Position numbers and translations under genes: made by a program. The notes beneath the pieces were generated by a model. The model was not told the origin of the DNA, made no database searches, and saw only the letters and a program-made list of their open reading frames with translations. Positions 35,387 through 45,067 of a stretch of DNA of 64,000 nucleotides are shown piece by piece (positions within the stretch are counted from its first letter, which is position 1; each line of letters opens with the position of its first letter). The stretch is from Bacteroidaceae bacterium. Lineage in GTDB: Bacteria > Bacteroidota > Bacteroidia > Bacteroidales > Bacteroidaceae. The stretch is taken from contig JAGAYF010000060.1 of the NCBI GenBank assembly GCA_017940605.1, positions 332 to 64,331 of the forward strand, given 5' to 3'.

Positions 35387-35449
35387 AGGCATCCACATTA
35401 TCAATATACATATTCATAACGTGGCCTTGCCGTTTTTATTTTACGGAAA

Positions 35450-36043
35450 TCAATTTAAAGCGAAAGAAATATTTTTCTCCTCAGCCATCTTGCGCATGTT
35501 GATGATGGCATACCTCATCCGCCCCAGCGCGGTGTTGATGCTGATTCCCAGTTCTTCGGCTATTTCCTTGAAGCTCAGGTTTTGGTAGAACCGCATGAAT
35601 ACGATTTCTCCCTGGGGCTGGGGCAGCATTTTGTAGAGGGCCTTGACGTCGCGCAGGGTCTGGTCGTGTATCTGCTGTGATTCAATGCTGGGATCGCTCA
35701 GGTTGGCGCTGTTGAATATCTGTCCGTCTTCCGTCTCGTCGCCCACGGTGTTCTCGCCGGCTTTCTGGCGGTAGAAGTCCATGATCATGTTGTGCGCAAT
35801 GCGCGTCACCCATGCCTGAAACTTGCCCTCGGTGCTGTAACGCTTGGACTGGATGTTGACAATGACCTTGATGAACGTTTCTTGAAACAGGTCATTGGCC
35901 GTGTCCTCGTCGTGCACGGTGTATAGGATGTAGGAATAAATCTTGTTCTTGTATCTATCCAACAAAACATCGAACGCCTCATTCGTCCCCTCGGCATACA
36001 ATTTGACCAACTCGTCATCGGTCAAAAGTTTCCAATCATTCAT
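35450..36043 (-). CDS. ECF-type RNA polymerase sigma factor (sigma-70 family)
   Basis: Region 2 (DTANDLFQETFIKV..FQAWVTRIAHNMIMDFYR) and region 4 HTH (LSFKEIAEELGISINTALGRMRYA). Confidence 0.9.
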   Translation of the reverse strand: MNDWKLLTDDELVKLYAEGTNEAFDVLLDRYKNKIYSYILYTVHDEDTANDLFQETFIKVIVNIQSKRYSTEGKFQAWVTRIAHNMIMDFYRQKAGENTVGDETEDGQIFNSANLSDPSIESQQIHDQTLRDVKALYKMLPQPQGEIVFMRFYQNLSFKEIAEELGISINTALGRMRYAIINMRKMAEEKNISFALN

Positions 36044-36218
36044 TACTTCTTCTTTTAGAAATTATAGGAGTAATGTCTTTTCAATAGGCTTTCTGTTTTG
36101 TAAGATGGATTAATTCAGGGGCAAAATAAGGAATTATTTTTCAGATGACCAAATTTTTTTGCAAAAAAATGCGGTTTCTGCCCTTTCGGGTGCGTCGGGG
36201 TGCAGCCGTGTCGACTGT

Positions 36219-37190
36219 CTATTGGAAGGAAATGGATTCAGCATGCTGGCCTCTCAGGAAGTCGCCGATGGCCATGCGCTTCTTGCCGGCCACCTGGATT
36301 TCCTCAATGGCCAGCAGGCCGCTTCCCGTCTGTACCGACAGGGTGCTGCGGCCGTCGGTGACGGTTTGGCCGGGCAGCAGGCCGTCATGGCTTTTGCCTG
36401 TCGGCCGGGAGCGGAAAATCTTGGCCGTGGTCTCACCCTGGGGCGTTTTCATCACGCTCCATGCTCCTGGCGAGGGGCTCAGTCCGCGAATGTGGTTATG
36501 TATGTCCTGGGCCGGGCGTTCCCAACGGATTTGGCATGTTTCGCGGAAAATCTTGGGGGCGGGCTTCAGTGCCCTGCCCTTGCTGTCGGCATCGCTTTGG
36601 GCATGGCTGTCCACGTGTCCCTGTAGCAGCGCGTCGACGGTCTTGACTACCAGGTCGCCGCCCATGACCATGAGCCGGTCATGCACAGTGCCAAAGTCGT
36701 CGTCGGGCAGGATGGGGGTGCTCACTTGGTCAATGATGTTTCCTGTGTCTATTTCGTGCTTTAGGAAGAAGGTCGTGATGCCGGTTTCCCTTTCACCGTT
36801 CATGATGGCCCAGTTGATGGGGGCTGCGCCGCGGTATTGGGGCAGCAGCGAGGCGTGCAGGTTGAACGTGCCCAGCCGTGGCATGGCCCATACCGCTTCG
36901 GGCAGCATGCGGAAGGCGACCACGATTTGCAGGTCGGCCCGCCAGGCGCGCAGCTGCTCCAGGAAAGAGGCTTCCTTCAGGTTCTGGGGCTGCAGGACGG
37001 GAATGCCGGCCTGTTTGGCATATACTTTGACAGGACTGGGCTGCAACTGGTTCTGGTGGCGGCCGATGGCTTTGTCGGGCATGGTGACGACGCCGACTAC
37101 GTGGTAGCCCTCGGTGACTAAGCGCCGCAGGCTTTCCACTGCAAATTCGGGCGTGCCAAGATAAACGATTCTGAGGTCCTTCTTTTCCAT
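36219..37190 (-). CDS. fmt: Methionyl-tRNA formyltransferase
   Basis: LRIVYLGTPEFAV..; FNLHASLLPQYRGAAPINWAI. Confidence 0.95.
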   Translation of the reverse strand: MEKKDLRIVYLGTPEFAVESLRRLVTEGYHVVGVVTMPDKAIGRHQNQLQPSPVKVYAKQAGIPVLQPQNLKEASFLEQLRAWRADLQIVVAFRMLPEAVWAMPRLGTFNLHASLLPQYRGAAPINWAIMNGERETGITTFFLKHEIDTGNIIDQVSTPILPDDDFGTVHDRLMVMGGDLVVKTVDALLQGHVDSHAQSDADSKGRALKPAPKIFRETCQIRWERPAQDIHNHIRGLSPSPGAWSVMKTPQGETTAKIFRSRPTGKSHDGLLPGQTVTDGRSTLSVQTGSGLLAIEEIQVAGKKRMAIGDFLRGQHAESISFQ

Positions 37191-37208
37191 ATTATATATA
37201 GCGCGGGG

Positions 37209-39002
37209 TTATTCTTCTGAAAAATCGACCAGCATTTGGCGGTACGCGCTGAAGAGCTTGCTCTTGTAGATGAAGCCCACGAACCTCTCGTTGCTGTCGA
37301 GGACGGGTAGGGCCTCAAGGTTCTTTGCTTTCTCAAAGCAGCCCATCACTTTGGTCATGGGGTCGTCTATGTGTACCACGCTCACGGGGTCTTTCATGAG
37401 TTGCGATGCGTTGAGGGCGTGGTAGAGTTCCTGGCGGAACAGTACGCGCCTGATTTCAGGTAGGTAGATGACGCCGTGCAGCGTGCCCAGCCCGTCAACC
37501 ACGGCAAAGACATTGGTGTTTTCCTTGGCAAAGGCACTGACCAACTTGCCCAGGTCGGCGTCGGGCGGGATGCGCATGCACAATTTGTCGATAACCGTGT
37601 CCAGACTCATGAGCGTCAGGATGGCGTGGTCCTTGTGGTGGGTGATGAGCTGGCCTTTCTTGGCCAGTCGCATGGCATAGATGCTGTGGCGCTCGAATGT
37701 GTAGATGGTGAGGTAGGAACTCACGGCGACAATCATGAGGGGGACGAGCATTCCATAGCCTCCGGTCAGTTCTGCTATCAGGAAGATGCTGGTCAACGGG
37801 GCATGCATGATGGCAGTCATGACACCGGCCATCCCCAGCAGGGCGAAGTTCTTGGAAGAGATTCCGTCTGCCCATCCGAACTGATTCCATAGCGTGGCAA
37901 ATACGAAGCCGCACAGGCATCCCAGGAACAACGAGGGGGCAAACAAGCCGCCGCAGCCCCCTGCTCCCGTCGTGGCCGTGGTGGCAAAGACCTTGGTGAG
38001 CATAATCATGGCCAGCATGGGGACAAGCATGTTGTTGTCCCCTTCGAACAAGGAATTGTTGAGCAGTTGGGCCTGATGGCCGTTCAGAAGCAGGGATATG
38101 GAATCATAGCCTTCGCCGTAGAGCGGCGGGAACAGGAAAATCAAAATACTTAGCATGACTCCGCCGACGGCAAATTTGATGTACATGTTGCTGATGTGCC
38201 TGAAACCGTTTTCCAGCGCGTTCATGATCCAGGTAAAGTAGAGGGAGACCAGTCCGCAGAAAACACCCAGCAGGATTGTGCTGGGAACGCGGTCCACTGT
38301 AAAGGCATTGTCCATGTGGAAAGTGAACATCGTGTCCGTTCCCGAGAGTGCCGCCGTCAGGATGCTGGCTGTGACGCAACTGACCAGCAGTGGCAGCAGG
38401 GATGCCATGGTTAAGTCGAGCATGAGTACCTCCAAGGTGAACAGAAGCCCTGCAAAGGGGGCCTTGAAGATGCCTGCGATGGCACCACTCGCCCCGCAAC
38501 CTATCAGAAGCATCAGTGTCTTCTGGTCTACGCGGAATGCCTTGCCCAATGTAGAGCCGATGGCCGAACCTGTCAGCACTACCGGCGATTCTGCTCCCAC
38601 GCTTCCGCCGAATCCGATGGTGATGCTGCTGGCTATGACGCTGCTCCAGCAATTGTGGCTCTTTATGTGGCCCTGGCGGCGCGATATGGCGAAGAGAATC
38701 TTGGTTACGCCATGCCCGATGTCGTCCCGCACCACGTATTTGATGAACAGGGCGGTGAATAGGATGCCTATGGCAGGAAATACAAGCAGCAACCAATTGT
38801 GTTGGTCAACGTTGAAACCCTCGAACAGGAATTTGTGAATTTCTTCGATGAACCATTTCAGCACTTGGGCGGCCAAGGCGGTCAGGATGCCCACCATGAA
38901 GGCCAGCATCAGGGTGCGTTGGCGCAGGCTGAGGTGATTCTCCGTCCACTTGATGAATCGCAGTGAGGATTGCGGGGCTGTTGCTGTGTCTTGGGCTGCC
39001 AT
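37209..39002 (-). CDS. ClC-family chloride channel/antiporter with C-terminal CBS pair
   Basis: GSVGAESP (GSGIP-like selectivity motif), GIFKAP (GxFxP), many TM segments, CBS-like C-terminus. Confidence 0.9.
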   Translation of the reverse strand: MAAQDTATAPQSSLRFIKWTENHLSLRQRTLMLAFMVGILTALAAQVLKWFIEEIHKFLFEGFNVDQHNWLLLVFPAIGILFTALFIKYVVRDDIGHGVTKILFAISRRQGHIKSHNCWSSVIASSITIGFGGSVGAESPVVLTGSAIGSTLGKAFRVDQKTLMLLIGCGASGAIAGIFKAPFAGLLFTLEVLMLDLTMASLLPLLVSCVTASILTAALSGTDTMFTFHMDNAFTVDRVPSTILLGVFCGLVSLYFTWIMNALENGFRHISNMYIKFAVGGVMLSILIFLFPPLYGEGYDSISLLLNGHQAQLLNNSLFEGDNNMLVPMLAMIMLTKVFATTATTGAGGCGGLFAPSLFLGCLCGFVFATLWNQFGWADGISSKNFALLGMAGVMTAIMHAPLTSIFLIAELTGGYGMLVPLMIVAVSSYLTIYTFERHSIYAMRLAKKGQLITHHKDHAILTLMSLDTVIDKLCMRIPPDADLGKLVSAFAKENTNVFAVVDGLGTLHGVIYLPEIRRVLFRQELYHALNASQLMKDPVSVVHIDDPMTKVMGCFEKAKNLEALPVLDSNERFVGFIYKSKLFSAYRQMLVDFSEE

Positions 39003-39025
39003 TTTCAGAACTATACCTATTTATA

Positions 39026-39586
39026 TTATGGCCGGATGACCTTTACGTCGCCCTTTTCCCCTATCTTGATGATGGTGCTGGGCACAGCGTTGCCTTTTTC
39101 CTGCTGTCTGTACCCAACGATGTAGTCTACGCTGGACTTTATCGCGTCACTGATTTCCTTGAAGTTTTTTGGGGCTGGCTGTCCGCTGATATTGGCACTG
39201 GTTGACACGATAGCCTTGCGGAATCTCATGCAAAGTGTCTTGCTGAAGGGCTCATGCGTGATGCGGATGCCTGCCGTCCCGTCCTCGGCCATCAAATTTG
39301 CAGCCAGGTTGCGGGCATTCTCATAGATGATGGTGATGGGGCGCGTGGACAGCTCTATCAAATCCCAGCTGACAGGGGGAACGTTCCTGACATAGAACTC
39401 AACTTTCGCCTCCGAGTCCACAAGCGTGATGAGCGCCTTGCTGTCGGCGCGTTGCTTGATGGCATAAATCCTTGCCACGGCTTCCGGGTTGGTCGCATCG
39501 CACCCAAGCCCCCACACCGTGTCTGTAGGGTAGAGGATGATACCGCCGTTTTGCATGACCTCCACGGCATTCCTGATGTCTTCCAT
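39026..39586 (-). CDS. tsaC: L-threonylcarbamoyladenylate synthase (TsaC/YrdC family)
   Basis: GGIILYPTDTVWGLGCDA; SANISG. ATG at 39586 fits the usual N-terminus. An upstream ATG at 39700 would add 38 basic residues. Confidence 0.85.
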   Translation of the reverse strand: MEDIRNAVEVMQNGGIILYPTDTVWGLGCDATNPEAVARIYAIKQRADSKALITLVDSEAKVEFYVRNVPPVSWDLIELSTRPITIIYENARNLAANLMAEDGTAGIRITHEPFSKTLCMRFRKAIVSTSANISGQPAPKNFKEISDAIKSSVDYIVGYRQQEKGNAVPSTIIKIGEKGDVKVIRP

Positions 39587-39800
39587 GGCCGAATGCGGCA
39601 GCGTCTCTTTATTTTTCCTGTCGCGGCCTTCAGCCTGTGTGTCAGCGGTATGGTGGTCCTTGCCGGTGCGGCGATGGGTGGTTTTCATCCTGTCGTTCAA
39701 AATGCGGCCTCCTTTTTTCTTGTGTCTTCTGTGCTGTTCTTTTGTCTTACAAAGGTAAGTTTTTTTCCAGTATTCTTCCCGTTTTCAAGACAAAAATGCG

Positions 39801-39808
39801 TAAATTTG
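39801..39808 (+). promoter_or_regulatory. -7 promoter box (TAAATTTG)
   Basis: Exact TAnnTTTG match 20 nt upstream of the ATG at 39828. Confidence 0.55.
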
Positions 39809-39827
39809 CCGTAAAAACACAAAAAGT

Positions 39828-40526
39828 ATGAATAGAGCGGTCAAATTTGTGGCGGCGGTGTGCATGATCCTTTCCTTGCCTTTAGGGGTGAATGCCAAGG
39901 TGGATATCCGCGATTTTGGTAACACAGCGCGCTATGCCAAGGCCAATGCGGCCTTGGGACAGCCGAAGCAGAACGAGAAGCGCGTAGTCATGTTCGGCAA
40001 TTCCATCATGGAATGCTGGCAACTACGGTATCCCGAGTTTTTTGAAAGGACAGGATACATCTGCCGTGGCATAAGCGGCCAGACAACCTACCAATTCCTG
40101 TTGCGCTTCCGCCAGGATGTCATCAATCTCCATCCCCGCGTCGTCGTCATAGGCGGACCGACCAACGACATTGCGGAAAACACCTGTCCGTACAACGAAG
40201 AAACCACGTTTGGCAACATAGTGACGATGGTTGAGCTGGCCCGCCAGAACAAGATACGCGTCGTCCTGTCGGCAGTGCTGCCTTCGCAGAAGTTCCCCTG
40301 GAGCAAGGCTACGGGGGTCTCGCCCAAGATCAAGTTGCTCAATGCTCGGCTGAAGGCCTATGCGAAGCAGCAAAAGATACCCTTTGCCGATTACTACGAT
40401 GCCATGCTTGACAGCGACGGCATCTCGCAAAACAAGTCCTACACGACCGATGACGTGCATCCCAACAAGTCAGGCTACCAGGTGATGGAGCAAATACTCC
40501 TGCCCTTGGTAAAAAAACAATTGTAG
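39828..40526 (+). CDS. SGNH/GDSL-family hydrolase
   Basis: Signal peptide. Block I VVMFGNSI, block III GGPTND, block V DDVHPN. Confidence 0.85.
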   Translation: MNRAVKFVAAVCMILSLPLGVNAKVDIRDFGNTARYAKANAALGQPKQNEKRVVMFGNSIMECWQLRYPEFFERTGYICRGISGQTTYQFLLRFRQDVINLHPRVVVIGGPTNDIAENTCPYNEETTFGNIVTMVELARQNKIRVVLSAVLPSQKFPWSKATGVSPKIKLLNARLKAYAKQQKIPFADYYDAMLDSDGISQNKSYTTDDVHPNKSGYQVMEQILLPLVKKQL

Positions 40527-40620
40527 GACAGGACAAACGCATGATGTGCGCCCCGTCTGGGACGCAGTTATCCATAGAAAACAAAATATATCCAATTACA
40601 ACAAAAACAAAAATAGCAAA

Positions 40621-41538
40621 ATGAAACCAACATTATTTCTTTTGGCAGCCGGAATGGGCAGCCGCTATGGCGGCCTGAAGCAGCTGGACGGCCTGGGCCC
40701 TCATGGCGAGACGATTATGGACTATTCCATCTACGATGCCATTCAGGCGGGATTCGGCAAGCTGGTCTTCGTCATCCGCAAGGACTTTGAGCAGGACTTC
40801 CGCCAGAAAGTGGTGAGCAAGTACCAGGACCACCTGCCCGTTGAGGTGGTGTTCCAGTCGCTGGACGCGCTGCCCGAGGGCTACACCGTGCCCGAGGGAC
40901 GCGAGAAGCCCTGGGGTACCAATCACGCCCTGCTCATGGGCAAGGATGTCATACAAGAGCCGTTTGCTGTCATTAATTGCGACGATTTCTACGGCCGCGA
41001 CTCCTTCCGCGTCATGGGCCAGTTCCTGAGCCAGCTACCCCAGGGCAGCCAGCACGTCTATTCCATGGTGGGATTCCGCGTAGGCAACACCCTGAGCGAG
41101 AGCGGCACGGTGAGCCGCGGCGTATGCTCCACCGACGACAGCGGATACCTGCAGACCGTGGTGGAGCGCACCAAGATAGAGCGCAAGGAGGACGGCCAGA
41201 TCAAGTATCTCAATGACGACGGGGCTTCATGGACCGCCATTGACCAGGCCACGCCCGTGAGCATGAACTTCTGGGGATTCACGCCTGACTATTTTGCGCA
41301 CAGCGAGGCTTTCTTCAAGAACTTCCTCCAGTTGGAGAGCACGCGGAACAACCTGAAGGCCGAATTTTTCATTCCTCTCATGGTGGACAAGCTCATCAAG
41401 GAGGGCACTGCCACGGTCAAGGTGCTCGATACTACCAGCAAATGGTTCGGAGTGACCTATCCGGAGGACCGTCCCGACACAGTGGCCAAGATCAAGGCGC
41501 TGGTGGAGGCCGGCGAGTATCCAGAGCAGCTGTTCTGA
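40621..41538 (+). CDS. Sugar-phosphate nucleotidyltransferase family protein
   Basis: LLAAGMGSRYGGLKQLD nucleotide-binding loop. 305 aa from the ATG at 40621. Confidence 0.8.
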   Translation: MKPTLFLLAAGMGSRYGGLKQLDGLGPHGETIMDYSIYDAIQAGFGKLVFVIRKDFEQDFRQKVVSKYQDHLPVEVVFQSLDALPEGYTVPEGREKPWGTNHALLMGKDVIQEPFAVINCDDFYGRDSFRVMGQFLSQLPQGSQHVYSMVGFRVGNTLSESGTVSRGVCSTDDSGYLQTVVERTKIERKEDGQIKYLNDDGASWTAIDQATPVSMNFWGFTPDYFAHSEAFFKNFLQLESTRNNLKAEFFIPLMVDKLIKEGTATVKVLDTTSKWFGVTYPEDRPDTVAKIKALVEAGEYPEQLF

Positions 41539-41564
41539 GCGACTGAGTAGGACAAATACAATTG

Positions 41565-41604
41565 TGCGGTTGCATACACAGGGATGTGTTGCAACCGCAT
41601 TTTC
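41565..41604 (+). terminator. Rho-independent terminator
   Basis: TGCGGTTGCA-15 nt-TGCAACCGCA followed by TTTTCTT. Confidence 0.7.
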
Positions 41605-41649
41605 TTATGTGTGGGGTGGGTGAGCTGCGGGCTGAACGGCGTGGGGTAG

Positions 41650-41738
41650 GCTTGATTTTTTACGCCTTGTTCACTGGATTTTTACGCCCTGCATGAAATT
41701 TTTCAGGCCGCGTTGGCCCACTGTTTGCGCCTTGTTCT
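41650..41738 (-). repeat. Dispersed intergenic repeat, copy 6 (the only inverted copy)
   Basis: The reverse complement reads GAACAAGGCGCAAACAG..AACGCGGCCTGAAAAATTTCATGCAGGGCGTAAAAATC..GAACAAGGCGTAAAAAATC. Confidence 0.85.
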
Positions 41739-41854
41739 GCCGCCGTCGGTGCTTTGTTGTCTGCCGTTTGCCCGTATGAGGGGTACTTTCTTCCCGTTCC
41801 CTGCACCAGTATGCCGCTGGCGGAAATGCCTGCCACGCTGCGGCGGGCTGCTGT

Positions 41855-42931
41855 TCAGAGCTTCTCAATCTGGCCCAGCTGCAGGATGACCAGTGGCATC
41901 CCCGTCTGGCGCGCTACGTCCTGCTCTGTGTGCAAAGGCTCGTCCCATGGGTGCTTGGCCAGGGCGTACTTGCTGTGATGCACGGTGATGAACCGCCGTG
42001 GGTTGAGGTCGCGCACCACCTGGCCCAGCTGCTCGGGCATTGTGTGTATGTAGGCCCAGTCCTTGTCGTACTGGCCGTTCTCGAGTATGGCCAGGTCAAT
42101 GTGTGGAAAGCGTTGGCCAATGCGGCGGAAGCGTCCGTCGTAGCCTCCGTCGCCGCCAATGTAGATGCAGGCCGTGTCGGTCTGCACCATGTAGGATGCC
42201 CACAGCGTCTTGTTGGGGTGCAGCCCGCGGCCGCTGAAGTGGCGCGTGGGCAGGCAGTGGATGGTGAGCTGCGGGCCGAGGGCGGTCGAGTCGTCCCAGT
42301 CGAGCTCGGTTATCTTGTGGGCAGGGTAGCCCCAATACTCAAAGTATTCGCCGATGCCCAGCGGTACGACCACGTGCTGGACGCGCTCGCGCAACTCCTT
42401 GACAGTACGGTAGTCCAGATGATCCCAATGGTCGTGCGTAATAAGGAGCACGTCAATGCTGTCGGGCAGGTCGGAGGGGCGGAAGGCGTTGGCGTGGCGG
42501 AAAGGACGGTTGACGAAGGACACGGGGGCGGCATCGTAGAAAACGGGATCGACCAGGATGCGCTGTCCGGCGGTCTGGAGCAGGTAGGAAGAGTGGCCGA
42601 ACCAGGCAATGCAGTCCTCGCTGCGGTCTGTCTCGCCCCATTGCGGGTGGGTGATGGGCAGGGGTTCGTCGGGACGCAGGCGCGGCGGCTTGCTGAACAG
42701 GAAATTGATGAGGTTGGCCAGCAGTCCCTTGTCGCTGGTCAGCTGTTGGGTGGGTTCTTGGTTGCGGAATTGCCCATCTCGGTAGTTGGGCGACTTTTGT
42801 ATGCGCTCCAGGCGCTGTCCGCGTGGCAGGCGGCCGAAACTGGGGTGGTCGAGGAAACACACAGTCCCGATGGCAACGATTGCCAGGAGCGATAATACAA
42901 TGATCAATGGCATGGCTTTTTTATTTTTCAT
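41855..42931 (-). CDS. MBL-fold metallo-hydrolase (membrane-anchored or secreted)
   Basis: N-terminal hydrophobic anchor. HSSYLL; ITHDHWDHLD metal-binding motif. Confidence 0.85.
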   Translation of the reverse strand: MKNKKAMPLIIVLSLLAIVAIGTVCFLDHPSFGRLPRGQRLERIQKSPNYRDGQFRNQEPTQQLTSDKGLLANLINFLFSKPPRLRPDEPLPITHPQWGETDRSEDCIAWFGHSSYLLQTAGQRILVDPVFYDAAPVSFVNRPFRHANAFRPSDLPDSIDVLLITHDHWDHLDYRTVKELRERVQHVVVPLGIGEYFEYWGYPAHKITELDWDDSTALGPQLTIHCLPTRHFSGRGLHPNKTLWASYMVQTDTACIYIGGDGGYDGRFRRIGQRFPHIDLAILENGQYDKDWAYIHTMPEQLGQVVRDLNPRRFITVHHSKYALAKHPWDEPLHTEQDVARQTGMPLVILQLGQIEKL

Positions 42932-42947
42932 GGTGCAAAGGTATGAA

Positions 42948-43015
42948 AATGGGGTGAAAAATTCCTGTATGCGGCTTGAAAATCGGTGAGGGGCAGAAAA
43001 TATCCTGCAAAACGG
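42948..43015 (+). repeat. Degenerate dispersed intergenic repeat, copy 7
   Basis: AATGGGGTGAAAAATTCC, TATGCGGCTTGAAAATCGG, GAGGGGCAGAAAATATCCTGCAAAACGG. Recognisable but diverged. Confidence 0.5.
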
Positions 43016-43141
43016 TCATTATTGGCAAGTGGACTTGGCAATTGATTTTTTAAAGCAGTGTCCCTGCTGGTTTTTGGGTTTCAAAAATATGTTTTACAGC
43101 ATTTTTATTCAACAAAAATAGCCAGTAAGAATATTTGTTTG

Positions 43142-43149
43142 TAATTTTG
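43142..43149 (+). promoter_or_regulatory. -7 promoter box (TAATTTTG)
   Basis: Exact TAnnTTTG match 64 nt upstream of the ATG at 43213. Confidence 0.5.
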
Positions 43150-43212
43150 CGACTGAAAACAGGCTCGTTTTTTCCTTCTGCCTGATTGTGTAATAATCAT
43201 AACTGAGGATAT

Positions 43213-44949
43213 ATGGATTGGTTGTCTTCTTTGTTTACTAATTGGGGCGCGTCGTCCCACATCGTGGCCCTCTATGCCATCGTGATCGCGGTGGGGTACA
43301 TCTTGGGCAAGGTCAAGTTTGGCGGCATTGCGCTGGGGTCTACCTTTGTCCTGTTTGTGGGCATTATCGTAGGGCATGTGTACAACGTAATGGGCATTGC
43401 CTCGCCCGAAGGGTACGCCTGCCCGCTGTCTACTATGAATTTCATCCAGGATTTCGGGCTGGTGCTGTTCGTCTACTGTATAGGCTTGTCCGTCGGCCCG
43501 GGTTTCTTCTCGTCTTTCAAGGAAGGCGGCGTGAAGATGAACCTATTGGCCATCGTGGTCGTGCTGCTTAACGTGGGCATCATGTTCGGACTGTACTATC
43601 TGTTCTTTGACACCGAGAATCCCAAGAACCTGCCGATGATGGTGGGCGTGCTGTGCGGTGCAGTGACCAATACGCCTGGCCTGGGCGCGGCCAATGAAAC
43701 GTTGGCCGAGGTAATGTCGCACAACGACGGCCTGCAGGTCGCCATGGGCGAGAGCAGCATTGCGTCGGCCTATGCCTGTGCTTACCCGTTGGGTGTGCTG
43801 GGCATGATTGGCGCGGTTATCCTGACGCGCTACCTGCTGAAGATTTCCCTGAAGGAGGAAGACGAGGCCATTCAGCGCGAAAAGGATGCCAATCCCCATG
43901 CGCGGCCGCACCAAATGACGATTGTGGCGAGCAATAAGTCCTTGGTCGGCAAGAATCTCTTTGAAGTGAGTCAGTTTCTGGGGCGCAACTTCGTCTGTAC
44001 GCGCATCGAGCGCAACGGACAAATCATTCGCAGCAACAATGACACGCCGTTCACGCTGGGAGACAAGATGCGCATCGTGTGTGCGGCCGATGACGCCGAG
44101 GCCATCACGGCATTCCTCGGCGATCAAATAGAAATGGAGTGGGATGAAGAGAATTCGCCGGTCGTATCGCGCAGGATCATCGTGACGAAGCCTGCCATCG
44201 AGGGCAAGACCTTTGGAGAAATGCACTTCAACTCGATACACGGTGTCTATGTCACGCGATTCACCCGTTCGGGCATTGAAATGTTTGCAGACAGACACCT
44301 GAAAATGCAGATCGGAGACCGCTTGCGTGTCGTCGGCCCTGAGGAAAATGTGAAAAACGTGGCCGATTTGGTGGGCAATCAAGTGAAACGGCTGGACTAC
44401 CCCAACATTGCCCCCATCTTCATTGGCATCCTGCTCGGCATCGCCTTGGGAAGCATTCCTTTCAAGTTCCCGGGCATCCCCAATCCCGTGAAACTGGGTA
44501 TCGCGGGCGGCCCGCTCATCGTGGCACTGCTCATCGCGCGTTTCGGCTACAAGGTACACCTGGTTTCCTACACAACAACCAGCGCCAACATGTTCGTAAG
44601 GGAACTGGGGCTGTTGCTGTTCCTGGCGAGCGTGGGCATGAAGGCCGGCGCGCACTTCTGGGAAACGCTGATCCAAGGTGACGGCGTAAAATACGTGTGG
44701 GTGGGTTTTCTCATTACCGTCATCCCCATCCTGATAATGGGATTGGTGGCCCGCTTACGCTATAAACTGAACTATTTCACGTTCATGGGCTTTACAGCAG
44801 GCACTTACACCGACCCGCCCCTGCTTGCATTCTCCAGCGAAATGGCCAGCAACGATGCCCCCGCGGTGGGATATTCCACAGTGTACCCATTGTCGATGTT
44901 CCTCAGGATTCTGAGTGCGCAGCTAATCATCTTGTTCTGCTGTTCCTGA
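43213..44949 (+). CDS. YidE/YbjL (AAE) family putative transporter with two TrkA-C domains
   Basis: 578 aa. Duplicated membrane halves flank two RCK_C-like segments (..LGDKMRIVCAADD.. and ..IGDRLRVVGPEEN..). N-terminus VIAVGYILGKVKFGGIALG is typical of the family. Confidence 0.85.
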   Translation: MDWLSSLFTNWGASSHIVALYAIVIAVGYILGKVKFGGIALGSTFVLFVGIIVGHVYNVMGIASPEGYACPLSTMNFIQDFGLVLFVYCIGLSVGPGFFSSFKEGGVKMNLLAIVVVLLNVGIMFGLYYLFFDTENPKNLPMMVGVLCGAVTNTPGLGAANETLAEVMSHNDGLQVAMGESSIASAYACAYPLGVLGMIGAVILTRYLLKISLKEEDEAIQREKDANPHARPHQMTIVASNKSLVGKNLFEVSQFLGRNFVCTRIERNGQIIRSNNDTPFTLGDKMRIVCAADDAEAITAFLGDQIEMEWDEENSPVVSRRIIVTKPAIEGKTFGEMHFNSIHGVYVTRFTRSGIEMFADRHLKMQIGDRLRVVGPEENVKNVADLVGNQVKRLDYPNIAPIFIGILLGIALGSIPFKFPGIPNPVKLGIAGGPLIVALLIARFGYKVHLVSYTTTSANMFVRELGLLLFLASVGMKAGAHFWETLIQGDGVKYVWVGFLITVIPILIMGLVARLRYKLNYFTFMGFTAGTYTDPPLLAFSSEMASNDAPAVGYSTVYPLSMFLRILSAQLIILFCCS

Positions 44950-45007
44950 CGGAAAGGCATGCGCATTGCGGTCGCGGGCGACGGCGATGCGGAGATGGAA
45001 AAAATAT

Positions 45008-45041
45008 GGCGGAGATACCCTTGTGGTGTCTCCGCCTTTTT
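45008..45041 (+). terminator. Rho-independent terminator
   Basis: GGCGGAGATAC / GTGTCTCCGCC stem (one mismatch) followed by TTTTT. Confidence 0.65.
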
Positions 45042-45067
45042 GTGTGTCTCTCAAGTGAGGTGCGACC

